Shown one piece after another: positions 47,360-56,208 of a stretch of 64,000 nucleotides of DNA (position 1 is its first letter; each line of letters starts with the position of its first letter). The notes under the pieces were generated by a model that saw nothing but the letters and a program-made list of their open reading frames with translations, searched no databases and was not told the origin of the DNA. This stretch comes from a virus. A program made the position numbers and the translations under genes. Location: positions 3,869-67,868 of the IMG/VR virus record IMGVR_UViG_3300046777_000988, one strand, 5' to 3'.

Positions 47360-47806
47360 CTATTGTTTAACCGTAGTCAATTTGTTTTCAGCGTAAACCG
47401 CTACCGCTAGTGCTGACCAAGTGTGCGACTTTAGCCCGTAGGTCGGACCTTTATCTTCCTTAGTTCCCTGTGGTCCTACAAGGTTCAGCAATGCCTGTCG
47501 GATGTCCTTGTCTTTTGATCGCATCGTGCGACACAAATACATCTTAATGTCCTTCCTGTAGCACAAGAGCGTATCAGTCCTAGCAACCTCTTCAAATCTC
47601 CCCACCCAGCGGCAGGTATCAAATACACTTGCACCTACCGCCATGCCATAACTGGCTACCATCTCGCAGGCTACGATGTCGTATTCCCTGCCGATCAGTA
47701 GTTGACGCATCTCGTAATTATTAAGATGTCCGTGGTCGATAACCCTTCCATCCCACTGCACGAATGCTGAGTCTGTAGGGCCGGGGTCTATTGCGAATAT
47801 AGTCAT
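47360..47806 (-). CDS. RuvC-like Holliday junction resolvase
   Basis: IFAIDPG, VACE, K..I, ALAVA. Confidence 0.8.
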   Translation of the reverse strand: MTIFAIDPGPTDSAFVQWDGRVIDHGHLNNYEMRQLLIGREYDIVACEMVASYGMAVGASVFDTCRWVGRFEEVARTDTLLCYRKDIKMYLCRTMRSKDKDIRQALLNLVGPQGTKEDKGPTYGLKSHTWSALAVAVYAENKLTTVKQ

Positions 47807-48081
47807 ATCAAGTATCCATTTTCTCTAGCCCACTTACCGTTGCTCTCAATCTTCATGTGACACGGGCGGCAGACAGGCATCCAAGTTTCTGTGTTGTTGA
47901 GGTTCTTTCCTCGCCTAGCCTTATGGTGAATGTCTGTTGCTGCTTCTCCGCATATCTCGCAGAAGTGATTCAGCATAAAGTAATCATACCTAATCTTGGA
48001 GTATTCCTTTAGCTCCTTGCGGTGCTTATCGGATACCCTGTTCATAGACTTATTTCTTTTTAGACCTCTTACCGTTTTCAT
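47803..48081 (-). CDS. small HNH endonuclease
   Basis: CEIC...TDIHH...N....W..VCRPCH. Confidence 0.85.
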   Translation of the reverse strand: MKTVRGLKRNKSMNRVSDKHRKELKEYSKIRYDYFMLNHFCEICGEAATDIHHKARRGKNLNNTETWMPVCRPCHMKIESNGKWARENGYLI

Positions 48082-48271
48082 ACTCGTTAAAATAATCGTG
48101 CATTTTATTTAACAACTCTTCTGCCTTATCAGGCGAGATGCTTCGTTCCGCACCGTCTGGGAATGGTCTGCCGCGAGAGTGCATAGGGCTTAACTTGTGC
48201 AGCTTGAATGGCGATATGTAGATATGCAGGTCGCCTGATTCGTCTATGCCTACGAATGGGTGCAGAGTCAT
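48050..48271 (-). CDS. hypothetical protein
   Basis: In-operon ORF. Confidence 0.55.
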   Translation of the reverse strand: MTLHPFVGIDESGDLHIYISPFKLHKLSPMHSRGRPFPDGAERSISPDKAEELLNKMHDYFNEYENGKRSKKK

Positions 48272-48328
48272 TCAAGAAATAACTTGTATGCAGCACACAC
48301 TGCTATGACTGCCAGCAGCAATATGTTT

Positions 48329-48676
48329 TCAGGCTTTATCAGCGCGAGTTTGAGCGGCTTCATCGGTGTATGCAATCTTTGCGTAACGCTTCCGCAGCTT
48401 GTCCATGTTCTCTTTAATTGTCTCATCCCGACTAATACCAACTGACTGACGGAAACCTTCAAGGTAAAATTCAATGTCACCAAGTTCCTCGACTACATTA
48501 ACGAGGTCTAAATCCTTTCGGTAAATTATAGCCTTTTTCACCGCATCCAGCAGCTCTCCTGCTTCGCCGCAGATGCCCATAATCATGTGCAAAGTGTGGC
48601 ACTCGGCTGGCGTTACCTCTTCTTTAATTTTATGCCCGTCCTTAACGAGGGCTGAAACAAATTCTTCGTATGTCAT
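48329..48676 (-). CDS. MazG-like NTP pyrophosphohydrolase
   Basis: GEAGELLDAVKK...EELGD..FY...N..KL..RY. Confidence 0.9.
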   Translation of the reverse strand: MTYEEFVSALVKDGHKIKEEVTPAECHTLHMIMGICGEAGELLDAVKKAIIYRKDLDLVNVVEELGDIEFYLEGFRQSVGISRDETIKENMDKLRKRYAKIAYTDEAAQTRADKA

Positions 48677-48969
48677 AATTCTTCTAGCTTTCTATTTATT
48701 CTCTCCAGCCAATCGTTGTTTGGTTTGGCCTTTGGTTTCTTTGGTTTCGTTTTTGGTTTAGGTTTTCTGTATCTATTCTCAGGTGGAAATACAGGTGGGA
48801 GTATTTCGCAGAGGACTTCAATCGTGGAGAATCTAATCCCGCACTTGCATTGATGCCGCCTGCGAACCTTACTGCCCGTGTATTCGTGTTCTTTGCTGAC
48901 TACAGCTCTACCACCAGCAACTCTGCTGTCGATGATCTTCGTCTTCTTTCCGCACTTAGGACAGTTCAT
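48673..48969 (-). CDS. NrdR-like N-terminal zinc-ribbon protein
   Basis: MNCPKC...IIDSR...RRRHQC.CG.RFST.E; no ATP cone. Confidence 0.8.
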   Translation of the reverse strand: MNCPKCGKKTKIIDSRVAGGRAVVSKEHEYTGSKVRRRHQCKCGIRFSTIEVLCEILPPVFPPENRYRKPKPKTKPKKPKAKPNNDWLERINRKLEEL

Positions 48970-49225
48970 CTTTCTTTTCCTCTCTGACACGACTGTTCTT
49001 CTGCGAAAGAATCAGCTTGGCTACTCGGTGTGACGGCAGGTTGAACAAGTCGCAGAGTTCGTGGTAGAACTTCGTCTTGAAGAAGTCTTCTGCTGTTCGC
49101 TTGGTTTCTTGAAGCTCGTTCTTCGTGCAGGCTGTTGGGTTCTGATAGCGAACATCGTCAACCGCCAGTTGAAAGATTTCCTCTAGCAACCGTTTCGTTG
49201 GGTCGCCTTCTTGTGAGGCGATCAT
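48956..49225 (-). CDS. hypothetical protein
   Basis: In-operon ORF. Confidence 0.65.
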   Translation of the reverse strand: MIASQEGDPTKRLLEEIFQLAVDDVRYQNPTACTKNELQETKRTAEDFFKTKFYHELCDLFNLPSHRVAKLILSQKNSRVREEKKDELS

Positions 49226-49635
49226 ATTTTGGCTTTGAGGATTTGGCAGAGGGATTCGATTGCTTCTTTCCTGTCGAAGCGCAGGCCGCAGGTTATGACC
49301 TCATGCCACATCCCTTCGATCTTGACTTCCCAAGTTGTGCGCTGGCAGTCGTCGTCGCTACTGTCGTAGTTGCGAAGCGGAAAGCCGAGTAAGTATTGAT
49401 CGCTAGGGCGGACCTCTTCAAACTTCATCCGCGCTATCTCTCCCTCCGCAAGCAGTCGCCTGTATCGCTCATGCCGCAGCTCCTCTCGCAGCGAGTCGAT
49501 TTCTTGCAGGGCTAGCAGACTTGGATGCGCTAGGTCTGGCTCGTCTGCTGTTCGCGTAGCGTAGCCGACAGACATCTCGTTCGTGTCAGGCATGGTCATT
49601 ATTACTTCTGGTTCGTTGTAGGTTTGCGTGGTCAT
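49222..49635 (-). CDS. hypothetical protein
   Basis: Preceded by TTGACA-N17-CAAGCT (49644-49672), 8 nt before the ATG. Confidence 0.65.
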   Translation of the reverse strand: MTTQTYNEPEVIMTMPDTNEMSVGYATRTADEPDLAHPSLLALQEIDSLREELRHERYRRLLAEGEIARMKFEEVRPSDQYLLGFPLRNYDSSDDDCQRTTWEVKIEGMWHEVITCGLRFDRKEAIESLCQILKAKI

Positions 49636-49684
49636 AGAGAATCAGCTTGCGCCACATATTGTATTGTGTCAACATCCAATTCCT

Positions 49685-49873
49685 ATGAACAAAAAATTCG
49701 TCCATCTCGGATGCGAGGTATCAATCGAAGGAAATCAAGTAGTCATCAGAAAGCCAGACGGAGAGAAGTTTGAGATAATGACGCTCCGTTTCATCAAAGA
49801 CTATGACCGTGCAGAGGAATTTGTGCGGGAATATATCGACCTCAACCTCTCCGAAACCCTGACTACTGTTTAA
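49685..49873 (+). CDS. hypothetical protein
   Basis: ATG 49685; first gene of the plus-strand operon. Confidence 0.6.
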   Translation: MNKKFVHLGCEVSIEGNQVVIRKPDGEKFEIMTLRFIKDYDRAEEFVREYIDLNLSETLTTV

Positions 49874-49878
49874 CAATA

Positions 49879-50133
49879 ATGAACCTCAAAGAAAAACTAG
49901 ACGAGCATATCGGAGACGACTATTCGATTTTGCTTGCAGACGGGCTAGACGAAGCATTCATCGGCATTGGCTGGCAGTTCAACACTCCGCTTGCTGTGTA
50001 TGATCGTGACAGGTGCATCGAGATTTTAGAGTCGCAAGGCATGACTCCAGAAGAAGCGCAAGAATATTTTTACTACAATACGCAGGGTGCGTATGTTGGT
50101 GAGCAAACCCCAATCTTTCTCGAAAGAATATGA
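49879..50133 (+). CDS. conserved phage protein
   Basis: ADGLDEA.IG...VYD...EEA.EYF.YN..GAYVG..TP. Confidence 0.8.
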   Translation: MNLKEKLDEHIGDDYSILLADGLDEAFIGIGWQFNTPLAVYDRDRCIEILESQGMTPEEAQEYFYYNTQGAYVGEQTPIFLERI

Positions 50134-50303
50134 AACCCGAAGATCAGATAAAAATTTACCTAGAAGAGTCGATGCGGTTCATCGAATCTGCAATGATCTA
50201 TATGACGCGTGACGATATAGGATATGCCGCAGACGAGATTGATCTAGCTAACGAGAAGCTGATGCAAGCCTACGCAATCGCACGGGAGTATTCCGACCTA
50301 TGA
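50130..50303 (+). CDS. hypothetical protein (57 aa)
   Basis: ATGA overlaps at both ends. Confidence 0.6.
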   Translation: MKPEDQIKIYLEESMRFIESAMIYMTRDDIGYAADEIDLANEKLMQAYAIAREYSDL

Positions 50304-50623
50304 GCCAAGAATCACAACTGCTGAAAGACCTGAACGAGTCCTACCGCGAACTCGCTAGGCTATCCGAAGCTCTAGCAGAGATGCGGGAGCAGAGAGATGG
50401 ACTGCAAGCTGAGCTAGAGGAGAACTACATCATCTCAGGGCGCAGCGCGAATCGAGAATGGAAGCTCATCACCGAGCTTAACCAAGCGAAGAAGCTAGCT
50501 GAAGACTGGGAGGAATGCGCGAATCAATTCTTCTTCTGTGCTGGGAAGAATAGAACCGCAAGCTGGGAGCAGTTTGAGAAGGCTGCTACGACATACCAGT
50601 TCCTCAAGAAGAAAGGCGAGTGA
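50300..50623 (+). CDS. coiled-coil hypothetical protein
   Basis: 107-aa ORF. Confidence 0.65.
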   Translation: MSQESQLLKDLNESYRELARLSEALAEMREQRDGLQAELEENYIISGRSANREWKLITELNQAKKLAEDWEECANQFFFCAGKNRTASWEQFEKAATTYQFLKKKGE

Positions 50624-50805
50624 TGCTGAAATCATTCTGGGATCATTCAGGAAAGCCGTCTGTCTTCGTTGTGACAGAGGATGGCAAGGAGATTTATCGC
50701 GGCCCGTTCAAAGAGGGATATGAGTTATACAGCAAAAAAATATCGCTCATGTTTAAGAATTGCCAAATAAATCAAGCCACACTTGAAGTGCAGAACAAAA
50801 CCTAA
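50620..50805 (+). CDS. hypothetical protein
   Basis: Coupled to the upstream gene. Confidence 0.55.
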   Translation: MMLKSFWDHSGKPSVFVVTEDGKEIYRGPFKEGYELYSKKISLMFKNCQINQATLEVQNKT

Positions 50806-50813
50806 ACAAAAGT

Positions 50814-50841
50814 TTGACACTACACCGAGCGAGTGTAGAGT
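50814..50841 (+). promoter_or_regulatory. sigma70-type promoter
   Basis: TTGACA-N16-TAGAGT. Confidence 0.65.
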
Positions 50842-50848
50842 CCATCTC

Positions 50849-50980
50849 GCTGTAGCAATACAGCCGTCCGCGTAGAAACGGACGAAACGAAAGATTAAAT
50901 CGACAACAATAAATATCATCCTTCGCTACGGAAATATTTCTACCCGACAATCAATCGGTCTTTCACCGTAGCGGGGGGTG
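50849..50980 (+). ncRNA. structured leader RNA, c4 a1/b1-like
   Basis: GCTGTA-GCAA-TACAGC, CGTCCG-CGTAGAAA-CGGACG, then a long stem enclosing TTTCTAC and TCTTTC. Confidence 0.55.
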
Positions 50981-50995
50981 GCCCCCTCTAACATT

Positions 50996-52099
50996 ATGAA
51001 TGTAGTAAAACAACCTAGACGCCTCTTCGTCCAAATGAAGAAAGCGGTATTGCGCGAAGATTTGATGGCAGTAACAAAAGACCTGACGCAGAGTATGGTT
51101 CTTAGTCAAATGCTGTATTGGACAAAGACGCTGGATCAAGTGAATCAGTTGATTTTTGAGGAGAACAAGAGGCTCGCAGAGGAAAGCCAACCGCAATGCG
51201 AATACAACTACGGATGGATATGGAAATCCGCTAGAGAGATGCGGGAGGATTTGATGATGGCATTTACTGAGGACTCTATTCAGAAGGCATTCTCTGCATT
51301 GTCTGCTTGCGGACTCTTGATGAAGAGGAACAATCCAAAGGTTCGTTACGACAGAAAACTTCAATACAGGGTTGACCTACTTTTGCTGCGTAGAAAACTC
51401 AAGGAGTGCGGATGGGCAATGACTGATTTCGTGCTTTCAGACACTTACTCAGAGATCGAAACCATTCCGCCTATTACGGAATGCATTCCGCCTATTACGG
51501 AATGGAAGCCGCCTATTGCGGAATCCATCCCGCCTAATACGGAAACAATAACAGAGACTACTAATAAGATTACTACACATATACTACCCCCCAACCCCCT
51601 CAAGGGGGCAGTGAGTGCTAAAGATTCTTTAGTTGTTGAAGGAAGAAGTCCGCATACGGAAAAGCCGGATACGGAAAATCCCGAGTCGGGAAAACCAACT
51701 GATCGGGAATTTGAATCCTTCTATTCCTCCTACCCTCGCAAGGTAGCCAAGCCTCAAGCAAGGAAAGCGTGGAGCAAAAACAAATGTGTATTGGCAGAAG
51801 TCCTACCAGCACTAGAGCAGCACAAGAAGACTTGGAAAGACCCGCAGTTTGTTCCCTACCCTGCGACATGGCTGAACCAACGCAGGTGGGAGGACGAGAC
51901 TATTGTTAAACAAGAGTCAAGTGTGTTTACCAAACAAGAGTCACCAGTCGAGACGATCAAGAACAACGAGTGGGTCGATGACTTCTGGGCATGGCTACAC
52001 CAAGAGCAAGGCCGGACCGATATTGAGCGTGACTATCTCGGAAGCGTAGAGGATCGCTGGCTAGTCGAGTTCATCAAAAGCAAGCAGGAATTATTCTAA
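50996..52099 (+). CDS. phage replication initiator protein
   Basis: N-terminal wHTH (LSQMLYW...WIWKS..E), central iterons, FE.FY..YPRK..K..A..AW...P.PATWLNQ.RWED. Confidence 0.88.
   Translation: MNVVKQPRRLFVQMKKAVLREDLMAVTKDLTQSMVLSQMLYWTKTLDQVNQLIFEENKRLAEESQPQCEYNYGWIWKSAREMREDLMMAFTEDSIQKAFSALSACGLLMKRNNPKVRYDRKLQYRVDLLLLRRKLKECGWAMTDFVLSDTYSEIETIPPITECIPPITEWKPPIAESIPPNTETITETTNKITTHILPPNPLKGAVSAKDSLVVEGRSPHTEKPDTENPESGKPTDREFESFYSSYPRKVAKPQARKAWSKNKCVLAEVLPALEQHKKTWKDPQFVPYPATWLNQRRWEDETIVKQESSVFTKQESPVETIKNNEWVDDFWAWLHQEQGRTDIERDYLGSVEDRWLVEFIKSKQELF
51463..51546 (+). repeat. iterons (probable origin): 4 x 21 bp CATTCCGCCTATTACGGAATG
   Basis: Copies at 51463, 51484, 51505 and 51526; a further ~15-bp repeat at about 51650-51695. 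Confidence 0.85.
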
Positions 52100-52287
52100 A
52101 AACTTTTTTAAGATTTCTCTTGACCAACACCAAAACCTGTCGAATTATTCAAGACCTAGTGAACCCAAATACCAACCATGAAATACCACCTACAACTGAC
52201 ACTCCTCTACATCAAGAGAGAGTGGCTAATGTTTCAACTGATGATCGTCCTAATACTGGACAACATCCTGTCCGCTATTCGCCGAGA

Positions 52288-52413
52288 ATGATCGACAGGC
52301 TTTTCAAGGTCGAAGCAATCCTCCTAGTCATCTTGTCAATATTTTTGATCGGCTGCTCTTGGAAGGAAGCAACCAAACCCAACACACAAACCTGCCCACT
52401 CTGCAACAGGTGA
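52288..52413 (+). CDS. small lipoprotein-like peptide
   Basis: Hydrophobic stretch followed by LIGC. Confidence 0.4.
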   Translation: MIDRLFKVEAILLVILSIFLIGCSWKEATKPNTQTCPLCNR

Positions 52414-52880
52414 AGCTGACCCTTAAACCAGACGAAGTTCAAATCTGCCAGTTAATCGGTCGAATGCGTAGCCTCATTGCCAGAAGCAGCGGGGTGAAAG
52501 ATGCGAAGATCGGAACTCAAGATGGAGCGGAAGCTGATGTTATGGGAATGATGGCGGAATACGGGTTTGCCAAACTGATGAATACCTTTCCAGATTTAGG
52601 CTTGACTCCGCGAAGCGGTTCTCCTGATGGAGTCACACCAAGCGGTAATAGGTATGACATAAAGGCATCAAGGCATCACAACGCTCGGTTGCTTTCTTCG
52701 CTGAAAGTAAACCCTGACATTGATGTTTATGTCCTCTGCGTAGTCGATGGAGTGACCCTTGATTACAAAGGATGGGCATGGAAGCGCGACCTAATTAAAC
52801 CAGAAAACATAATCAACCTCGGACACGGAGAGGGGTATGCCTTGAATCAGGATTCCCTAATAAAGTTTAACGAAAAATAA
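52410..52880 (+). CDS. PD-(D/E)XK-fold protein
   Basis: G..AE...PDG.....YDIKA. Confidence 0.6.
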   Translation: MKLTLKPDEVQICQLIGRMRSLIARSSGVKDAKIGTQDGAEADVMGMMAEYGFAKLMNTFPDLGLTPRSGSPDGVTPSGNRYDIKASRHHNARLLSSLKVNPDIDVYVLCVVDGVTLDYKGWAWKRDLIKPENIINLGHGEGYALNQDSLIKFNEK

Positions 52881-52888
52881 GAAAACAA

Positions 52889-53647
52889 ATGAAAGATACA
52901 GGACACTACTACGACATCAACGGCAAAGCAGTCTTTGAAGTTCCAAACAAATCCAAGGGCGGTATGCGCCCTACAACGCTGCGAGATTGCAAGGCACTCG
53001 GTCTTTTCCCAAGTGTAACTACGATCTTCAAATGCCTAGCATCTCCAGAACTAGACCGCTGGAAGCAACAGCAGGTTCTGATGGCAAGCCTCACGCTACC
53101 TCGTAACCCAGAAGAAAGCGACGAGGATTACTGCTCGCGCATTATGACTGACGCCTTCAAGCAAGTGGAGCAAGCGGCAGACCTCGGAACGCAAATCCAC
53201 AAAGCTCTAGAGATGCACTTCCAAGGCGAGGCATACGACCCCGTGATGGAAGAGTATGTCGCGCCAGTTAAGAAATGGGTCGAGCATAACCGAGTCAAGT
53301 TCCTTCAGCACGAACTGCGATTGGTGAATCCAGAGATCGGCTACGCAGGCACAACAGATGCACTGGTCGAAAAAGACGGTGTGTTGTATGTGCTGGACTA
53401 CAAGAGCCGCAAGACCAAACCGCAATACGACATCGAGCCGTGGAGCAAGGAGCCAATGCAGATCGCGGCCTATGCCAAAGTCGCAGGAGCGAAGCGAGGC
53501 GTGAACCTATACATCTCAACAACAGAACCCGGCAGAATCGGAGAAGCGTGGTATGACGAGAAGGTTCTCGACTCAAACTACGAAGCCTTCACTCATGTCT
53601 GCAAATACTGGCAGTTCGCAAACAAATACCAACCGAAAACAAAATGA
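52889..53647 (+). CDS. PD-(D/E)XK exonuclease (RecB/Cas4-like)
   Basis: PSVTTI, GT.IH, YAGT.D, LDYKS, QIAAY. Confidence 0.9.
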   Translation: MKDTGHYYDINGKAVFEVPNKSKGGMRPTTLRDCKALGLFPSVTTIFKCLASPELDRWKQQQVLMASLTLPRNPEESDEDYCSRIMTDAFKQVEQAADLGTQIHKALEMHFQGEAYDPVMEEYVAPVKKWVEHNRVKFLQHELRLVNPEIGYAGTTDALVEKDGVLYVLDYKSRKTKPQYDIEPWSKEPMQIAAYAKVAGAKRGVNLYISTTEPGRIGEAWYDEKVLDSNYEAFTHVCKYWQFANKYQPKTK

Positions 53648-53952
53648 CAAAAGAACAAGCACTACAAGAACAGATGGACGAGATCATGGACTCTTTCGAG
53701 TTCGACAAGGTTCTCTCCGTGATGCAGCACCTAAACTGGGAATGGAGAGACGCTGGAGTTCCAGAAGAATACGATATTCGCCAGTCAGCAAGGCGCACGA
53801 TGAAGTCTGCTATCGAATGCAACGGGACTTCAAGCACGGGTGGATTCACCGCAATCATTGACGACAATCCAGAGGAAGGATGGGTTCGATTGAACCTGTA
53901 TTTCGGATTCAGCACGATCCACGATGGCGTTGAATACGAAAAAAAATCTTAA
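53644..53952 (+). CDS. conserved phage protein
   Basis: IMD.F.F.KV..VM..L.W.W...P...STGGF. Confidence 0.75.
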   Translation: MTKEQALQEQMDEIMDSFEFDKVLSVMQHLNWEWRDAGVPEEYDIRQSARRTMKSAIECNGTSSTGGFTAIIDDNPEEGWVRLNLYFGFSTIHDGVEYEKKS

Positions 53953-53959
53953 AATAATT

Positions 53960-53987
53960 TTGACACAACCGAAAAACCTAGTAGAAT
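53960..53987 (+). promoter_or_regulatory. sigma70-type promoter
   Basis: TTGACA-N16-TAGAAT, 9 nt before ATG 53997. Confidence 0.65.
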
Positions 53988-53996
53988 TATAGCCCA

Positions 53997-54083
53997 ATGA
54001 ACACACAATCTGATAACATCGGCGACCTCGCAGCCGCTCTAGCAAAGGCGCAAGCGGAGGTTGGAACCGATAATCCATTTTTC
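53997..54083 (+). pseudogene. orphaned 5' fragment of erf
   Basis: MNTQSDNIGDLAAALAKAQAEVGT-DNPFF aligns with the N-terminus of 54792. Confidence 0.8.
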
Positions 54084-54121
54084 CAATTGACAATGATTGG
54101 AAGAATGGATTCAATTTCTGT

Positions 54122-54790
54122 GTGGAGAAAAAGTATTACATCTACTATCACATCTCTGAAAAGACTGGCGAGATTTACTATGTCGGAAAAGGGTCTGGGA
54201 AAAGATACCTTGTTTTCAAGCGGCGTGGTAAATTATGGGATGCGTTCTATAGAAAGCATGGTTGTAATGCTGTAATCGCATTTAAGAATCTATCTGAAAA
54301 AATGGCATTCAAATTAGAGATAAAGGAAATCAATAGATTGAAGAAGATCAATCAATGTAGAGCCAATATCTCTAATGGCGGAGACGGTGTTCATGTAGAT
54401 AAAAGGTGGTGGGGAGAGAATATCAGAAAATCACAAATAAAAAGATTCAAGGAGAATCCAAAACCAAAAGGTAAAGAAAACTTAACATTCAAACATTTCT
54501 GCGATGACAATATTCTTATTAAGGAATATAAAACATTAAACACTATACAAATAGCTAAAAAATATAATGTTAGCACGACAACGGTGTGGATGAGACTGAA
54601 AAGCCTTGGAGTGAAACTTAAAAAGCCCGGTCAGAAGCCAGTAAAAATCATCTGCAAAAATGATGGAGAAATTTTCGATTCAATAAATGCAGCAGCAAAA
54701 AAATATGGAGTCTTTCGAGAAAACATTCGGAAGGTTCTTAAAAACCAATACAAGCACACAAACAACCTAGTGTTTGAATACGCAAAATAA
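54122..54790 (+). mobile_element. free-standing GIY-YIG homing endonuclease with NUMOD1/IENR1 C-terminus
   Basis: YYIYYH...IYYVGKG...R, E, N, and KIIC..DGEIFDSI.AAAK; AT-rich. Confidence 0.85.
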
Positions 54791-54791
54791 A

Positions 54792-55529
54792 ATGAACAGC
54801 CTACAATCAGATCAAATAAATGAATTAGCAACGGCATTAGCCAAGGCACAGTCAGAAATTGGATCGGTTCATAAGGATCAAGATAATCCTTACTTCCGCT
54901 CAAAATTCGCCAGTCTTTCTACAGTATGGGAGACAGTTAAACCAGCACTCACAAAGCACGGGATCAGCATTGTTCAAATGCCCGGTTCAGACGAGCGTGG
55001 ATATTTCGTGCAAACTCAATTGATGCACGGTTCCGGTCAATGGATTCGTAGCACAACCTACATGAAGCCTGCTAAAGAAGACCCGCAGGGAATTGGAAGT
55101 TTGATTTCGTATGCTCGCCGCTACGCTTTAATGGCAATGGTCATGGCCTGCCCTGACGACGACGATGGTGAGGCGGCAATGGGTCGGAGCAGTAACGCTC
55201 CACAAAAGCCCGTAGAATCGCCGAAGCCTGCCGTTAAGGTAGAGTCAGCCAAGCCAGCAGAAAAGCCAGCTACAGAGGCTCCTAAAGCAAAAGAAACGGC
55301 ATCCAAATTCAACGGAGAGAATCACCAAGCGTTATTTCAAGAGTTGATGAAAGCTGGATACACTCCCGAAGAGTTTATCGGCGCCTGTCACTTCGCTAAA
55401 GACGAGCGCATTCCAGCTAAAGCAAAAGACTTTTACAAGATGTCAGACAACACGGCATCTCTATTCCTCTTCGATGGCATCGACGCCATCAAGAAAAACA
55501 TCATAGCTTACAAGGCTATCGCAGAATAA
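54792..55529 (+). CDS. erf: ERF-family single-strand annealing recombinase
   Basis: LA.AL.KAQ, NPYF.SK.A.L, H.SGQW, PQ..GS.ISYARRYAL, DDDG. Confidence 0.92.
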   Translation: MNSLQSDQINELATALAKAQSEIGSVHKDQDNPYFRSKFASLSTVWETVKPALTKHGISIVQMPGSDERGYFVQTQLMHGSGQWIRSTTYMKPAKEDPQGIGSLISYARRYALMAMVMACPDDDDGEAAMGRSSNAPQKPVESPKPAVKVESAKPAEKPATEAPKAKETASKFNGENHQALFQELMKAGYTPEEFIGACHFAKDERIPAKAKDFYKMSDNTASLFLFDGIDAIKKNIIAYKAIAE

Positions 55530-55548
55530 CACCAACCAAATCAATAAT

Positions 55549-55740
55549 ATGGCTAAAGAAAACAGCGGATTCCTCTCGAAAAACAAATACAAAAAAGAGG
55601 AGAAACACCCAGATGTGAAGGGTAAAATCAATGTCAACGGCAAGGACTACGAGATTGCCGGATGGCAGAAGACTAACGAGCAGGGTTCCTACTACTCGCT
55701 CAAAGTTTCCGAACCTCGCGTTAAAGAGGAAGCATTCTAA
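55549..55740 (+). CDS. small SSB-like protein (DUF736-like)
   Basis: SG.L.KN..K....HPD..G.I...G..Y.IAGW...YSL. Confidence 0.75.
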   Translation: MAKENSGFLSKNKYKKEEKHPDVKGKINVNGKDYEIAGWQKTNEQGSYYSLKVSEPRVKEEAF

Positions 55741-55810
55741 TTTGTCATAGGCGACAGGAGGGGGCTGGTTTTTCATGGTTCCCCAGCCTCCTCCAACTCC
55801 TACAAACTAT

Positions 55811-56056
55811 ATGGAATACCTAGTCCTGACCAAGCCGCTCAACCTAGAGCATTACAACTTCGCCAAGTTCTTTCGTGACGAGGACGAAGTAATCAGCTTC
55901 ATTCGTGAGACTCCACATGAGGGCTTCCAGCGGGACATTCGGGTTATTTCGGGAGTAAACTGTCGGAAAACGACAGATTTCGACGACGAAGATTTGCTGG
56001 ATACCTATGTGGAATTAACCAGTATAGCAACACACACAAATGAAGAAGTTGAATAA
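55811..56056 (+). CDS. hypothetical protein
   Basis: ATG 55811 follows a hairpin at 55757-55794. Confidence 0.6.
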   Translation: MEYLVLTKPLNLEHYNFAKFFRDEDEVISFIRETPHEGFQRDIRVISGVNCRKTTDFDDEDLLDTYVELTSIATHTNEEVE

Positions 56057-56195
56057 CAACAATACTTTCCTTGGACTTTACCTTCCTGCTACCTGCAAGA
56101 AGAAGCTGGAGACTCTAGCCAAGTCCCAGCAACGATCAGTTTCCGGCCTTGTTCGCGTTATTGTCGAACAATACCTGAATAAAAAACTAAAATAA
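56040..56195 (+). CDS. ribbon-helix-helix (Arc/CopG-like) regulator
   Basis: Manual translation TFLGLYLP..CKKKLETLAKSQQRSVSGLVRVIVEQYL. Confidence 0.75.
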   Translation: MKKLNNNNTFLGLYLPATCKKKLETLAKSQQRSVSGLVRVIVEQYLNKKLK

Positions 56196-56208
56196 AACCT
56201 AAATACCT

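Noticed and set aside
53997-54900. Group I intron in erf
   Set aside because: No room for a P3-P7 core outside the endonuclease ORF, the putative 5' exon does not end in U, and the downstream erf has its own complete start.
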